A DNA stretch of 64,000 nucleotides from the NCBI GenBank assembly GCA_021399345.1, contig JAAFKI010000010.1:19696-83695 (forward strand), in the 5' to 3' direction. The stretch comes from Candidatus Heimdallarchaeota archaeon (lineage in GTDB: Archaea > Asgardarchaeota > Heimdallarchaeia > Heimdallarchaeales > Heimdallarchaeaceae). The number at the start of each line of letters is the position of its first letter. The first letter of the stretch is position 1. Below are positions 36,388 through 46,088 of this stretch, one piece after another. The notes under the pieces were generated by a model. That model was not told the DNA's origin, ran no database searches, and saw only the letters and a program-made list of their open reading frames with translations. The position numbers were made by a program, and so were the translations under genes.

Positions 36388-37491
36388 GTGAGTAGAATTT
36401 CGCAAAGTAGTCGTTTCTGTGCAATTTGTGGGACTAAAGAAAGTCCATTTTTAGAGAATCTTTGCGAAAAGTGTTTCAAAAAAGAGAACCCCTTAGAAAT
36501 TGCAGTACAGAAGAAAATCAGTGTTGAAATATGTCCTATATGTAGATCCATAAGAATTCAGGGACCAGTGGTAGATACCTGGAAGGAAGAGGGTTTAGAA
36601 GCAATTATTAGAGAAATGGTTGAAAGAAAGATTCTGGAGAACATATCTACAGATATAGCCTACAGTTACGAATTCGAAGACGATATCGAAGAAACTAAAA
36701 TTATGAATTATGGTGTTAAAACGTTTGAAATTAGAACAACAATTAGGGCTAAACCTTATGAGGAATTCAGCGAGTTCGAACAAAGTTTTCAAACACGAAT
36801 TAAGCTGATTAGAACTAGCTGTGATTTATGCTCAAAACACAAAGCAGGGTACTTTGAAGCAATTTTACAGGTTCGAGGAGAAAAGCGTAAACTAACTGAA
36901 ATAGAGCAAGAGAATGTTGAAAACATCGTGAATCGAATGATGGAGCGTTACATAGATGCTAAGATGTCCTATATCATGGATTTAGAAACTGATAATGATG
37001 AGTTAACATGCAAAGTAAGTACAAAATATCTTGCTGAAACTTTAGCCCGTGAAATAAAAAATGCCACAGCTGGTAAACTGAGTGTTGCTTATGAGCTCAA
37101 AACAAAGACTAGAGATGGTGTAGATGTTTACACAAATACTTACCTGGTTAGGCTGCCAGAATATTCTCTAGAAGATATACTTGAGTTTGAGAATAAAATG
37201 TGGGTAGTTAAGCAAGTTGCAGATTCACAAATGAAAATAGAATCACTAGACAATCATGAACAGAGAAAATTCGATAGGAAAAGAATAGAAAAAAGAGGAA
37301 AACAATTAACTGAATCTGTTGTTCAAAGAGAATATTTGTTTGTCTCATCTGATGGTAAAAATGCTGCTATAATGGCTCTAGATAACTACGAAAACTTTGA
37401 TGACAACTTAGAACGCTTACCACCAAATAAACAGGTTGGAGAAGATATTCTTGGTTTCATCTACGAAGATAAAAACTACTACACTAAGTAA
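36388..37491 (+). CDS. NMD3-family ribosomal large-subunit biogenesis/export factor homologue
   Basis: N-terminal Cys clusters FCAICG...CEKC, CPICR and CDLCSK. 367 aa. GTG is the only start candidate in the open frame. Confidence 0.8.
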   Translation: MSRISQSSRFCAICGTKESPFLENLCEKCFKKENPLEIAVQKKISVEICPICRSIRIQGPVVDTWKEEGLEAIIREMVERKILENISTDIAYSYEFEDDIEETKIMNYGVKTFEIRTTIRAKPYEEFSEFEQSFQTRIKLIRTSCDLCSKHKAGYFEAILQVRGEKRKLTEIEQENVENIVNRMMERYIDAKMSYIMDLETDNDELTCKVSTKYLAETLAREIKNATAGKLSVAYELKTKTRDGVDVYTNTYLVRLPEYSLEDILEFENKMWVVKQVADSQMKIESLDNHEQRKFDRKRIEKRGKQLTESVVQREYLFVSSDGKNAAIMALDNYENFDDNLERLPPNKQVGEDILGFIYEDKNYYTK

Positions 37492-37559
37492 TTTAGAAAT
37501 GCTTTCTGTATATTAGACAAGTTTTATACATTAGTATTTTTTTTCTAAACTTGATAATA

Positions 37560-39350
37560 ATGTCCGAGAAAGACATCTCTTGGGATTTATCAGAGATTTT
37601 TAAGGGAACTGATGACCCCAGAATAAATGAAAAAATAACAGATTTAGAAAAAAGATCTGAAGATTTTATTACAAAATATAAGGGAAAAATAATTTTTCCA
37701 GATTTTAAGTTTGAGAATTTGCTCGAACTAATACGAGCTCAAGAGAAATTTCAAGCTGATCTTTTTGAAATAAGTCAATATGCTAGATTATCCTTTTCAG
37801 GAAATATGACAATACCTGAATTTAGAGAACTGAATAACAAAGCTCAAGAATTTTCTGCTAAAATTAGAAAAAAACTAGCCTTCTTAGAAATAGATGTAGG
37901 AAAGTATGTCTATGAGAACCAATCAGTTGTTCAAGATTCAGAGTTTGAAAATTACAAACACTATCTTGAGAATATTGTCCGCTCGTTTCCTCATAAACTA
38001 TCAGAGATAGAAGAGCAAATAATAATTGACAAGGATCAGCACGGAGTAGTTGGTTGGCAAGATCTTCAATCAAAATGGCTAAACACAAGAATGTTTGCTG
38101 TAGAAGTTGAAGGGGAAATGAAACAACTTGCTTATGGAGAAGCTAATAGTTTGCTCTCACATCCGGATAAAGCAACAAGAATTTCAGCAAATAAGGCAAT
38201 TTATGGTCTATTGGGTGAAGATCAAGAATTATTTTCATCGGCCATGCATCATATATGCAGCGATTGGGTTAAAATTTCAAAACGAAGAAACTATGACTCT
38301 CCTATGCATCAAAGCCTCATAGCTAATGATGTAGATCAACAAACTATTGACAATCTAATGAAGGTCGTAGACGAATATTCTAAACTGTATAGACGTTATC
38401 TTAAATTGAAGGCTAAATTGCTAGGTCTTCCCAAACTTGGTTGTGAGGATATAGTTGCACCCTTCCCAGATGTCCCAGATATGAAATATACTTGGGAAGA
38501 TGCTCAGGAATTAATTCTCGAAGCATATGGTAAGTTTGATGAGGATTTCTTTTCTGTTGCAAATGATATGTTTGAAAGAAATCATGTTGACGCAAGTCCC
38601 AGATTTGGTAAACGCAATGGTGCTTTTTGTTCAACATGGTATAATGGAAAAACATCCTATATTCTTCAAACTTTTTCTGGAGCATTATCTAATGTTTACA
38701 CTCTAGGTCATGAAATGGGGCATGCAGTTCATGGATATCTAGTAACCCGCGAACAAACCCTTGGAAATACCCGATACCCCATGGTTATTGCAGAAGTTGC
38801 TTCAATCTTTGGTGAACTGCTTCTAACAGATCTTTTGTTATCTAGGGCAGAAACCAAAGAAGAGAAGAAAGCTATTTTGGGGAGAGTTTTAGATGGTGCA
38901 GGAATGGCGACTTTTCAAGTAAGTGCAAGAGTATGGTTTGAGCAAAGCATGTACGATACGATAGAAAAAGGACAACTGCTAGATGGTAAAACAATCTCCA
39001 AACTTTGGACAACTGCTAGAGATAGAATCTATGGAGATGCAGTGGAATGGTTTGAGGAAATGGATTGGGAGTGGACAATGAAACCCCATTATTACAGATC
39101 AAATTTCAGATTTTATAATTACCCATATGTTTTCGCGCAAATGTTTGTGTATTCATTATACCAGCTGTATTTAGAAGAAGGAGGAAGTTTCATACCGAAA
39201 TTGAAAGCAATTTTGAAAGCAGGGAGCAGTAAATCGCCAAAAGAATTTGGAGAATCAATGGGATTAGATATAACAAAACCTGATTTCTGGAAGCTGGGCA
39301 TGAAGCAGTATGAAAGATTTATAGACGAATTAGAAAAAATAGTTAGTTGA
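37560..39350 (+). CDS. pepF: oligoendopeptidase F (M3B metallopeptidase)
   Basis: HEMGHAVH zinc motif and M3B-like length. ATG at 37560 (MSEKDISWDLSEIF); the track start is TTG at 37551. Confidence 0.85.
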   Translation: MSEKDISWDLSEIFKGTDDPRINEKITDLEKRSEDFITKYKGKIIFPDFKFENLLELIRAQEKFQADLFEISQYARLSFSGNMTIPEFRELNNKAQEFSAKIRKKLAFLEIDVGKYVYENQSVVQDSEFENYKHYLENIVRSFPHKLSEIEEQIIIDKDQHGVVGWQDLQSKWLNTRMFAVEVEGEMKQLAYGEANSLLSHPDKATRISANKAIYGLLGEDQELFSSAMHHICSDWVKISKRRNYDSPMHQSLIANDVDQQTIDNLMKVVDEYSKLYRRYLKLKAKLLGLPKLGCEDIVAPFPDVPDMKYTWEDAQELILEAYGKFDEDFFSVANDMFERNHVDASPRFGKRNGAFCSTWYNGKTSYILQTFSGALSNVYTLGHEMGHAVHGYLVTREQTLGNTRYPMVIAEVASIFGELLLTDLLLSRAETKEEKKAILGRVLDGAGMATFQVSARVWFEQSMYDTIEKGQLLDGKTISKLWTTARDRIYGDAVEWFEEMDWEWTMKPHYYRSNFRFYNYPYVFAQMFVYSLYQLYLEEGGSFIPKLKAILKAGSSKSPKEFGESMGLDITKPDFWKLGMKQYERFIDELEKIVS

Positions 39351-39384
39351 AAATATAGGTACTTTCAACTTCTATTCTTGTTTC

Positions 39385-39888
39385 TTATTCAGTTTCTAAT
39401 TGTTCTTTCAATTTCTCGCCAAATGCTTTAGCTTGTACAAGTTCTTCTTCAGTTGGGTGACCAATATTTTCTTTCTCTTTACCAAACATAATAATCGCTC
39501 CCTTGCAATAGAAACGCTCAGATATGATAGTTACTTGTTGTTTTTTGGTCAATATTTTTTCCATTGATTCAAACATAACTTCTTTTATTTTTTTGGGGAC
39601 TTTCTTTTCAGTCATGGGATGAATATCATCTGGAGCTCCACTGGTAAAAAATAGAGCAACCTTCTTACCTGCAATGTTTTTTCGACTAAGCTTTTTCAAG
39701 TATCTAGCACCACCGAAACTGATACGCCCCATTATAACCCATGAACCTAAAACAATCAGATCATAATCTATTAGGTCTGGAATATTACGTTTGTCCCTAA
39801 ATTCAACTTCAAGCCCTTTTGCAATCTTTGATGCTACTTTTTCAGTGTTACCACTACGAGAATTATAAAGTACAATTGCTTTAACCAT
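39385..39888 (-). CDS. flavodoxin-like protein
   Basis: MVKAIVLYNSRSGNTEKVA FMN-binding loop. ATG at 39888; the track start is TTG at 39897. Confidence 0.7.
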   Translation of the reverse strand: MVKAIVLYNSRSGNTEKVASKIAKGLEVEFRDKRNIPDLIDYDLIVLGSWVIMGRISFGGARYLKKLSRKNIAGKKVALFFTSGAPDDIHPMTEKKVPKKIKEVMFESMEKILTKKQQVTIISERFYCKGAIIMFGKEKENIGHPTEEELVQAKAFGEKLKEQLETE

Positions 39889-40020
39889 TGTTGTCAACCA
39901 AGTTGGATAAGTAAGAAATCAGTTATATAGATTTGCTAATCTTTTTGCATATTTATTGAAGGAAAAAGAAAAAACAAAGTTTATATTTTATGCAAATAGC
40001 AAGAAAGTAATCGAAATCAT

Positions 40021-40665
40021 GTGAAAACTATGGTGTTAAAGGGTTTATATTTAGTTCAAAGGAAGGATATTGAAAAAGCTACTATGGTCTTAACGAGAGC
40101 CTTTCAGGAGGATCCATTAGTCCGTTTAATTTACCCAAATTCTGAAGAAAGAATGAAATTTACTCCATTTTTGTGGAGATATCTGATAAAAGATGGACTA
40201 AAATGTGGAAAGGTTTATTCTCCAACTAACAAAATAGAAGGAGTTGCAAAATGGCTGCCTCCAGGAAAAGAACACATGGGCATCTGGAGATCAATTAGAA
40301 GTGGGGCACTTAGTATGGGTTGGGCGATGTCAAAACAGAAGGATGAAAGAAAACGATCTACAAGAGAAATTCAACAATTAACTGATATTATACTGAAGAA
40401 ACACAAAGAAATAATGAAAGAGCCTCACTGGTATTTAGCGAATATCGGTGTTGACCCCAAATACCAAGGAAAAGGATATGGGAGCGCTCTGATTAAACCA
40501 ATGCTAGAATATATAGAAAAAAAAGGATATCCTGTTTATTTAGAAACAAATTTTCAAGGGAATGTTGGCTTATATGAGCATTTAGGATTTGAAGTGATTG
40601 ATGAAATGAAAATTCCAGAAACTGAAATTATGAACTGGGGAATGATTAAAAAACCTAAACTATGA
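40021..40665 (+). CDS. GNAT-family N-acetyltransferase
   Basis: IGVDPKYQGKGYGSALIKPMLEYIEKKGYPVYLETN...LYEHLGFEV acetyl-CoA-binding core. Start is GTG 40021 or ATG 40030. Confidence 0.8.
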   Translation: MKTMVLKGLYLVQRKDIEKATMVLTRAFQEDPLVRLIYPNSEERMKFTPFLWRYLIKDGLKCGKVYSPTNKIEGVAKWLPPGKEHMGIWRSIRSGALSMGWAMSKQKDERKRSTREIQQLTDIILKKHKEIMKEPHWYLANIGVDPKYQGKGYGSALIKPMLEYIEKKGYPVYLETNFQGNVGLYEHLGFEVIDEMKIPETEIMNWGMIKKPKL

Positions 40666-40716
40666 TAACCTAATTAAATGCAGATTTTGTTTTATATCGC
40701 AATAGCATAAAGAAAA

Positions 40717-40726
40717 CCTTAAAAGA
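40717..40726 (+). promoter_or_regulatory. TATA-box candidate for tRNA-Trp
   Basis: CCTTAAAAGA lies about 35 nt upstream of the mature tRNA 5' end, consistent with archaeal TATA spacing plus a short leader. Confidence 0.3.
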
Positions 40727-40758
40727 TTACGTGATGAGAAAACAACGAGCAATCGGTC

Positions 40759-40867
40759 GGGGACTTGGCTCAGTCCGGTAGAGTGGTTGGCTCCAGAGAA
40801 CTTTACTTCGGTAAAGAACCACGAAGAAACCAATTGGTCGGGTGTTCAAATCACCCAGTCCCCACCA
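40759..40867 (+). tRNA. tRNA-Trp (anticodon CCA) with a 32-nt intron after position 37 and a genomically encoded 3' CCA
   Basis: Hand-folded cloverleaf. Acceptor GGGGACT/AGTCCCC. D stem GCTC/GAGT. Anticodon stem GTTGG/CCAAT with loop CUCCAG..A (anticodon at 40793-40795). Variable TGGTC. T arm GGGTG-TTCAAAT-CACCC. Discriminator A, then CCA. Confidence 0.85.
40797..40828 (+). other. tRNA-Trp intron
   Basis: 32 nt lie between G37 and A38. The boundary is ambiguous by 1 nt because of flanking A residues. It contains a perfect 6-bp stem CTTTAC/GTAAAG closed by a TTCG tetraloop (40801-40816). Confidence 0.7.
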
Positions 40868-40875
40868 TTACATTT

Positions 40876-42444
40876 CTATTTATCTGGCTTTAAACGTGCA
40901 TTTCCTCCTAATATCTTGCGCTCGAGTATCATATCGCTTACTTGCAAAGCACCTAACATACAGCCAAAAATACCATGTGAAAAGAGAGGTTGAAATAACC
41001 CTTTAATTGGTGTTCTCATTTTCAGTCGTGTTCTACCAAAATTATCAGAGAAAGGTGCCATTCCATATATAGATCCAGTTGGCGAGCCAGAGTAACGAGC
41101 ATATGTTGCAGGTGTTGAAATGTCTTTTACTAGAATATGTTTTTTCAGATCAGGAATCAAATATTTTTCAACTAAATCAATGAAGAAATTAGATAATTTT
41201 TCCTTTTTCTTATTATATTCCTCTAGATTATTCTCTCGTAATTCCAGCCAATCACCTAGACCTACAGGTACAACACGGATAGTTATGTTTTGTTTTCCAC
41301 CTGTTGTTAATGATGGACATATTACCCCCATATGAAATTGCTTTTCTGTAAAAGCCATGTTTCCCTTTTCATACTCTTCAAACAATTTAGAGAATGACTC
41401 GCCCCCTGTAGTAACAACATTATAACCACAATCCATCCCTAAACCTGCAAGATCGATCTCATCGTCTAAACCAAGTGCAATGTTCAATGAGGAAGGTGAC
41501 ATCTTTACTTGGTCAACTTTTTCTGCAAATTTTTCATCTAATTCACGTATTTTGTCTAATCCTACCATCTCTTTCATAGCCACTTTAGGGTCAATGGTAG
41601 TTATTACGAAATCGGAATAAATTTTCTCTCCACCTTCCAATTGAACTCCTTTAACTTCACCATTTTCAACTAGAATCTTCTCAACTTTAGTTTTGAGAAG
41701 TAGTTCACCACCTAACTCTTTGTATCGTTTTTCAAATTGCCTAGCTAATTCAATGAAGCCTTTTGTTGGTCTGTAGGCATTATCTAGCACCGAATTCATA
41801 GCTCCAAGAGTCATAAGTGTTGCACATCTATCCCCAGGTAATCCACTAAAAGCTGCAAAGGCATCAAAAATCTCAATTACTTCAGGATTGGATATACCAA
41901 ATTGATCAAAGTAGTCTTTGAAAGTTTTAGAACCATGTTTAACGATTTTTGGACACGAGACAATTGTCTTCAATAGCTCAATAAAACTAGGCTCTGTTTT
42001 TAGCTTAAATAGCTCTAGATACATAGCTCTTGAATGATCGAGGAAATTTTCTATTTCTTTTGCATTATCCGGATATTCATCCATCAGTTTCTTCTTAAAA
42101 ACTTCCAATCCTGAAGGCAATTCAATCTTTGTTACTTCCTCAGTTTCAGGATTAACAAGGAAAATTCGTGTATAATATCCTTTGAATCTCTTAAGATCTA
42201 CTTCTATACCCAAAAGCTCATACATATCATTACAATTTGGAATAATTTGACTAGTGTCAAAGAGATATCCTTCACGTGTGTAGGAAGTTACAAACCCTCC
42301 TACTTTTGGTTCTTTTTCTATAATCAATACGGAATCTTTCTTTGTATCATGGAAGCGAGCCCAAGTAACAGCTGAAGTTAATCCTGTGATTCCTCCGCCT
42401 ATAACTATTAATCCCTTCTTCTCTTTTTTATCTATTTGACTCAT
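40876..42444 (-). CDS. FAD-dependent oxidoreductase, phytoene desaturase/amine oxidase (CrtI-like) superfamily
   Basis: N-terminal dinucleotide fold IVIGGGITGLTSA...IIEKEPKVGG. About 520 aa. ATG at 42444 (AAGGTAA 5 nt upstream) is preferred to the ATG at 42471. Confidence 0.75.
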   Translation of the reverse strand: MSQIDKKEKKGLIVIGGGITGLTSAVTWARFHDTKKDSVLIIEKEPKVGGFVTSYTREGYLFDTSQIIPNCNDMYELLGIEVDLKRFKGYYTRIFLVNPETEEVTKIELPSGLEVFKKKLMDEYPDNAKEIENFLDHSRAMYLELFKLKTEPSFIELLKTIVSCPKIVKHGSKTFKDYFDQFGISNPEVIEIFDAFAAFSGLPGDRCATLMTLGAMNSVLDNAYRPTKGFIELARQFEKRYKELGGELLLKTKVEKILVENGEVKGVQLEGGEKIYSDFVITTIDPKVAMKEMVGLDKIRELDEKFAEKVDQVKMSPSSLNIALGLDDEIDLAGLGMDCGYNVVTTGGESFSKLFEEYEKGNMAFTEKQFHMGVICPSLTTGGKQNITIRVVPVGLGDWLELRENNLEEYNKKKEKLSNFFIDLVEKYLIPDLKKHILVKDISTPATYARYSGSPTGSIYGMAPFSDNFGRTRLKMRTPIKGLFQPLFSHGIFGCMLGALQVSDMILERKILGGNARLKPDK

Positions 42445-42556
42445 TTTTATTACCTTATAGTATCTTTGCATAATTAGTTAAATATAAAACATTCTAAAAT
42501 TTGTGTGTGTGCAGAAGAAAGTAGAAGTAAATCTTCACTTATACTTTTTCTCTATC

Positions 42557-44614
42557 TCAAACTAGATTTCGCTTGAAAGATTGTGACCAACTTCGTTTGA
42601 TCTTTTCTTTTTTGTCTACTGTTAAAACAAGATCATAACTAATATGAAAACTATCCTTATCGCTCTCAAGTTTGGCTTTGGTTATAGCTCTAGTATTTGA
42701 TTTTTTTGTGCTTATCTGGATATCATGTTCATTTTTCAGTAATGCTTGAGCTGGATCTTTATTTGAAACAGTAAACGATGAACTTTCATCAAAAGCTAAG
42801 GAAATTCCATCTTCAGACAAGCTACCTTCTTGGCTTAGACTGAATTGAAAAGTTGTTTTTGCATTTTGTAAGTCATGGAATATTTTAGATTTGGCTGGAG
42901 CATAATTTATTTTGTAAACATCCATTGGCATTTCTATCTCTCCAAATAATGGTGCTTCCTCAGGATGACTTTCAGGTATAACAGGCAACGTTAAACAAGA
43001 TCCATATTCCTCCCCCCACCATATTGTATTCTCTGCTGGGTAAGGTGATGGCCATATATTTGGAAAATCAGAGCTTGCTAAGGCGATTTTTATGACGTGT
43101 CCAGGATGAAAGATCCAAGAAGTTGCATCAAGTTCAATATTTAATTTCACTTTATCTCCAGCTGTTAACTGTTTTGGTTCTGTATGTGAATCTCTGTGAG
43201 ATAAGTTTAGTACTCCCCAAGTAATAATATCTGAACTTCCATCAGGTGCAACATCAAATAGTTTCACAATTAAATTCACTATCGGAACTGAAGATGAAAA
43301 GGTTAGCTCTAATAGGGGACGTCCCATTATATTCAGCCTTTTATTTAGGGTGTCTGAAGTATAAACTAAAGAATTCATCTCATCAAAATCCTGTTCTTCT
43401 TTTCCTCCTTTTGCAATATTGATGTGCCATGTTGGATTTCCCATGCCTACAGCTACATGGTAAGAGAATTCGTCGCTACCATTGCCTTTGACTTCTGTTT
43501 TCAATTTTTGTTCAGATCCCAAGAAAAATTTCTTTTCACTCATGATGTCTAAAGGCCATTTCTTTAACTCCGTCCAATAACCAGATCCTCCTTTGAAATC
43601 AGGTCTTGTAAAACTAGATTCTCTCATAAATGCAGTGAAACTAGGTTCTTCAACCATACCTGTATCCTTATCTTTTAACCAATGATCAAACCATCGAACA
43701 ATTTGTGGCATGTAGTTAATTGAAGGACCAGGATACCCCCAGTCTGGAAAAACATGACCCCATGGCCCCATTAATAACTTCTTAGGAACATTCAAATGTT
43801 CATACATTCTTAAAGCACTGTTCCGATAGAAATCCCTCCAAGCTCCTATAATTAGAACTGGACATACTATTGAACTGAAATCTGATCTTAATGATGCAGG
43901 TCTCCAGTAAGGCCCATCTGTTTGATTTTCCAACCAATTCAATTGATATGGTGTGTTACCTTTGAGATGCTCATCCCAAACTCTTTCATAATCTTCACCA
44001 ATACTCTCTGCAGGTGGCAATGCATTCATAGAAACCATCATAGTTGCCCATCCAGCTAAATCAAAAAGAGAGCACAAAGCACCACCATCATAGTGAACAT
44101 CATCTGTATAACGATTATCAGTAGCATAAAGAGGAATGATTGTTTTTAGATGTGGGGGCCGATGCATTGCAACTTGAACAGCTGTAAAACCAGCGTATGA
44201 AGTTCCTATCATTCCTACTTTTCCATTGCACCATGGTTGAGATGCTACCCATTCAACTGCATCATAACCATCTTCTTGTTCCTGCAATGGGTATTCATCA
44301 GTTACTATACCTTCAGATCCATCAGTTCCACGTACTCCAAGATGGAGAACAACATAACCATGTCTAGCCAAAAAGTGAAAAAAATTACCACGTGACATAG
44401 TACGCCAGTCGGAAGAACGGTAAGGATCATAATTAATAACTGCGGGAAAAGGATCATCTCCCTCTGGATGCCATGCCTTAGCATAAAGACGAATTCCATC
44501 TCTCATGGGAATTCGCCAATCTTTTACAGTAAGGTTATATGTAGGTTGAGAATGGGGCTTTGGTAACCTTCGATCTGATTGATTAGTGGTATCTTTCATT
44601 TTTGTATCCTTCAA
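42557..44614 (-). CDS. CocE/NonD-family hydrolase (S15 X-Pro dipeptidyl-peptidase-like)
   Basis: RDGIRLYA, PYR, GVRGTDGSEG, nucleophile elbow GTSYAG, and a C-terminal beta-sandwich-length region. Confidence 0.8.
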   Translation of the reverse strand: MKDTKMKDTTNQSDRRLPKPHSQPTYNLTVKDWRIPMRDGIRLYAKAWHPEGDDPFPAVINYDPYRSSDWRTMSRGNFFHFLARHGYVVLHLGVRGTDGSEGIVTDEYPLQEQEDGYDAVEWVASQPWCNGKVGMIGTSYAGFTAVQVAMHRPPHLKTIIPLYATDNRYTDDVHYDGGALCSLFDLAGWATMMVSMNALPPAESIGEDYERVWDEHLKGNTPYQLNWLENQTDGPYWRPASLRSDFSSIVCPVLIIGAWRDFYRNSALRMYEHLNVPKKLLMGPWGHVFPDWGYPGPSINYMPQIVRWFDHWLKDKDTGMVEEPSFTAFMRESSFTRPDFKGGSGYWTELKKWPLDIMSEKKFFLGSEQKLKTEVKGNGSDEFSYHVAVGMGNPTWHINIAKGGKEEQDFDEMNSLVYTSDTLNKRLNIMGRPLLELTFSSSVPIVNLIVKLFDVAPDGSSDIITWGVLNLSHRDSHTEPKQLTAGDKVKLNIELDATSWIFHPGHVIKIALASSDFPNIWPSPYPAENTIWWGEEYGSCLTLPVIPESHPEEAPLFGEIEMPMDVYKINYAPAKSKIFHDLQNAKTTFQFSLSQEGSLSEDGISLAFDESSSFTVSNKDPAQALLKNEHDIQISTKKSNTRAITKAKLESDKDSFHISYDLVLTVDKKEKIKRSWSQSFKRNLV

Positions 44615-44869
44615 CTAGTATTAATCTTACATTTTATTAAGCGTTACTCGATATATCTACACAAAAAACATTAATTTTGATCAATCAAATGAATATCTGA
44701 AGGAAATCTCACTAAGTTCTTAAGATGTGAATTAGAGAGCGGTGAATTGAAATTGGTTAGATGAATTAAATGATTCCTCTCTGGAGCAATGAGCTCTACT
44801 AGCACATAAGATAAACTAGTGGGAATTTCTATTCTTCACAATTCTATTAGATTTAATAAGGAAGAACAC

Positions 44870-45127
44870 TTATTCAGCGAATATCTTTTCACAGCATTTA
44901 ACAAAAGAATATGGCATCTTTCGTTTCTCAGAATCTATCTCCCAAATAAATTTTACATAATCTTGTAATTCCTTTGGAAGTAACTTGAAGAGAGGTGCTA
45001 AAAGAGAATAACCGATTTTTCTTTGATTTATGTTATCTGCATCTAAAAACAGTACTGCATAACTGTAGCAAGGATATTTTTCCTTGATAGTTGTTTCATA
45101 CATTTGCTTAGTGTTCTCTTCTTTCAT
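44870..45127 (-). CDS. hypothetical protein
   Basis: 85-aa ORF downstream of the disrupted GNAT gene on the same strand. No motif recognised. Confidence 0.35.
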   Translation of the reverse strand: MKEENTKQMYETTIKEKYPCYSYAVLFLDADNINQRKIGYSLLAPLFKLLPKELQDYVKFIWEIDSEKRKMPYSFVKCCEKIFAE

Positions 45128-45220
45128 CTACTATTTAATCTTAAGAATACTATTTAAAGGCACAAAATCCATATCGAAGCTATAATTAAAGTATGATTTT
45201 CTTATAAACGCTTCTTATTA

Positions 45221-45685
45221 CTTAATTTCCTCTTTTTCCATGAAAAACATATGATGCCAAAGCTTGTAACCTCTTTCTTGGAAGAAATTAGCAAGTTTAC
45301 TGTTTCTATCAAAAGTTAAGCGAATATAGTTTTTCTTCATGAATTTAACAGTACCAGAAATAAAATCATCAACGTATTTGGGATTGGTAACTAGAAAGGG
45401 TCTACAACCTGGAAATTCTGGATTTAATCTACCATAAATTTGTAGTTCGTTGTTTATAAATAGACCGAGAGGAATGGATTCACCTCATGTTAAACCAGGA
45501 TTTTGAATGTTATTCAGATGTGTTTCAAGTTCTTCTTTGTTAATTTCACGAAAAAAAGCTTCTCTGATTATCTCTTTGAAATCAAGCCAATCCTTAGCAT
45601 CAAGTTTTCTAAAATAAACCATTATATTGTCTAAGCAAGCTACATTAATAAAATAGTTTTGATGGATGGAATTAAATTCCTTCAA
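45221..45685 (-). pseudogene. GNAT-family acetyltransferase interrupted by one in-frame TGA (45485-45487)
   Basis: My translation continues in the same frame past the stop: ...NNIQNPGLT*GESIPLGLFINNELQIYGRLNPEFPGCRPFLVTNPKYVDDFISGTVKFMKKNYIRLTFDRNSKLANFFQERGYKLWHHMFFNGKRGN. The total is about 154 aa, with a GNAT-like C-terminal N..A..F....GY segment. Confidence 0.6.
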
Positions 45686-45995
45686 TTTTGAAATCTATTC
45701 CGAATTCCAATTCATCTTCTGTTATCTCAACAACCATATGGGAAAGCTGTTTATACAATTCAAGATATTGATAACCTCTTGTCGTACAGCTATAGATTAC
45801 TGCAGGTCTTTTTTTGGGATTTTCATATTTAATCATAAGACCACGCGATAACATAAAGTGAATTATGCCCTTGGCCCTGTCTATGGGTAAATTAGCCCTT
45901 CTTGCAATTTGTGAAATACCAGCTTCACCATAAAATTGCAGAACAGAGATTACGTCTGCATAAATATCATATCTTGTTCTGTTACCTGCTGGCAT
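45672..45995 (-). CDS. winged-helix DNA-binding protein
   Basis: RYDIYADVISVLQFYGEAGISQIARRANLPIDRAKGIIHFMLSRGLM is a wHTH pattern. Its stop overlaps the downstream GNAT start by 14 bp. Confidence 0.65.
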   Translation of the reverse strand: MPAGNRTRYDIYADVISVLQFYGEAGISQIARRANLPIDRAKGIIHFMLSRGLMIKYENPKKRPAVIYSCTTRGYQYLELYKQLSHMVVEITEDELEFGIDFKIEGI

Positions 45996-46030
45996 TTAAT
46001 TCACCAATTAATTTTGAATTTTGTACATTA

Positions 46031-46068
46031 AAAAGATTGGGCCTCAAAAAACTGAAGCCCAATCTTTT
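46031..46068 (-). terminator. perfect 12-bp hairpin, terminator candidate after the bactofilin-like gene
   Basis: AAAAGATTGGGC (46031-46042) pairs perfectly with GCCCAATCTTTT (46057-46068) around a 14-nt loop. On the minus strand the loop carries T6 and the stem ends in T4. Confidence 0.5.
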
Positions 46069-46088
46069 AACAGAAAGGTTTGCTTAAA

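Noticed and set aside
40787-40993. 68-aa plus-strand ORF
   Set aside because: It starts inside tRNA-Trp and runs antisense into the 3' end of the CrtI-like oxidoreductase gene. The tRNA fold explains the region.
45128-45220. SECIS-like structure in the 3' region of the TGA-interrupted GNAT gene
   Set aside because: The region is very AT-rich and I saw no GC-supported stem-loop with an internal GAA/A bulge. A covariance-model scan is still needed to be sure.
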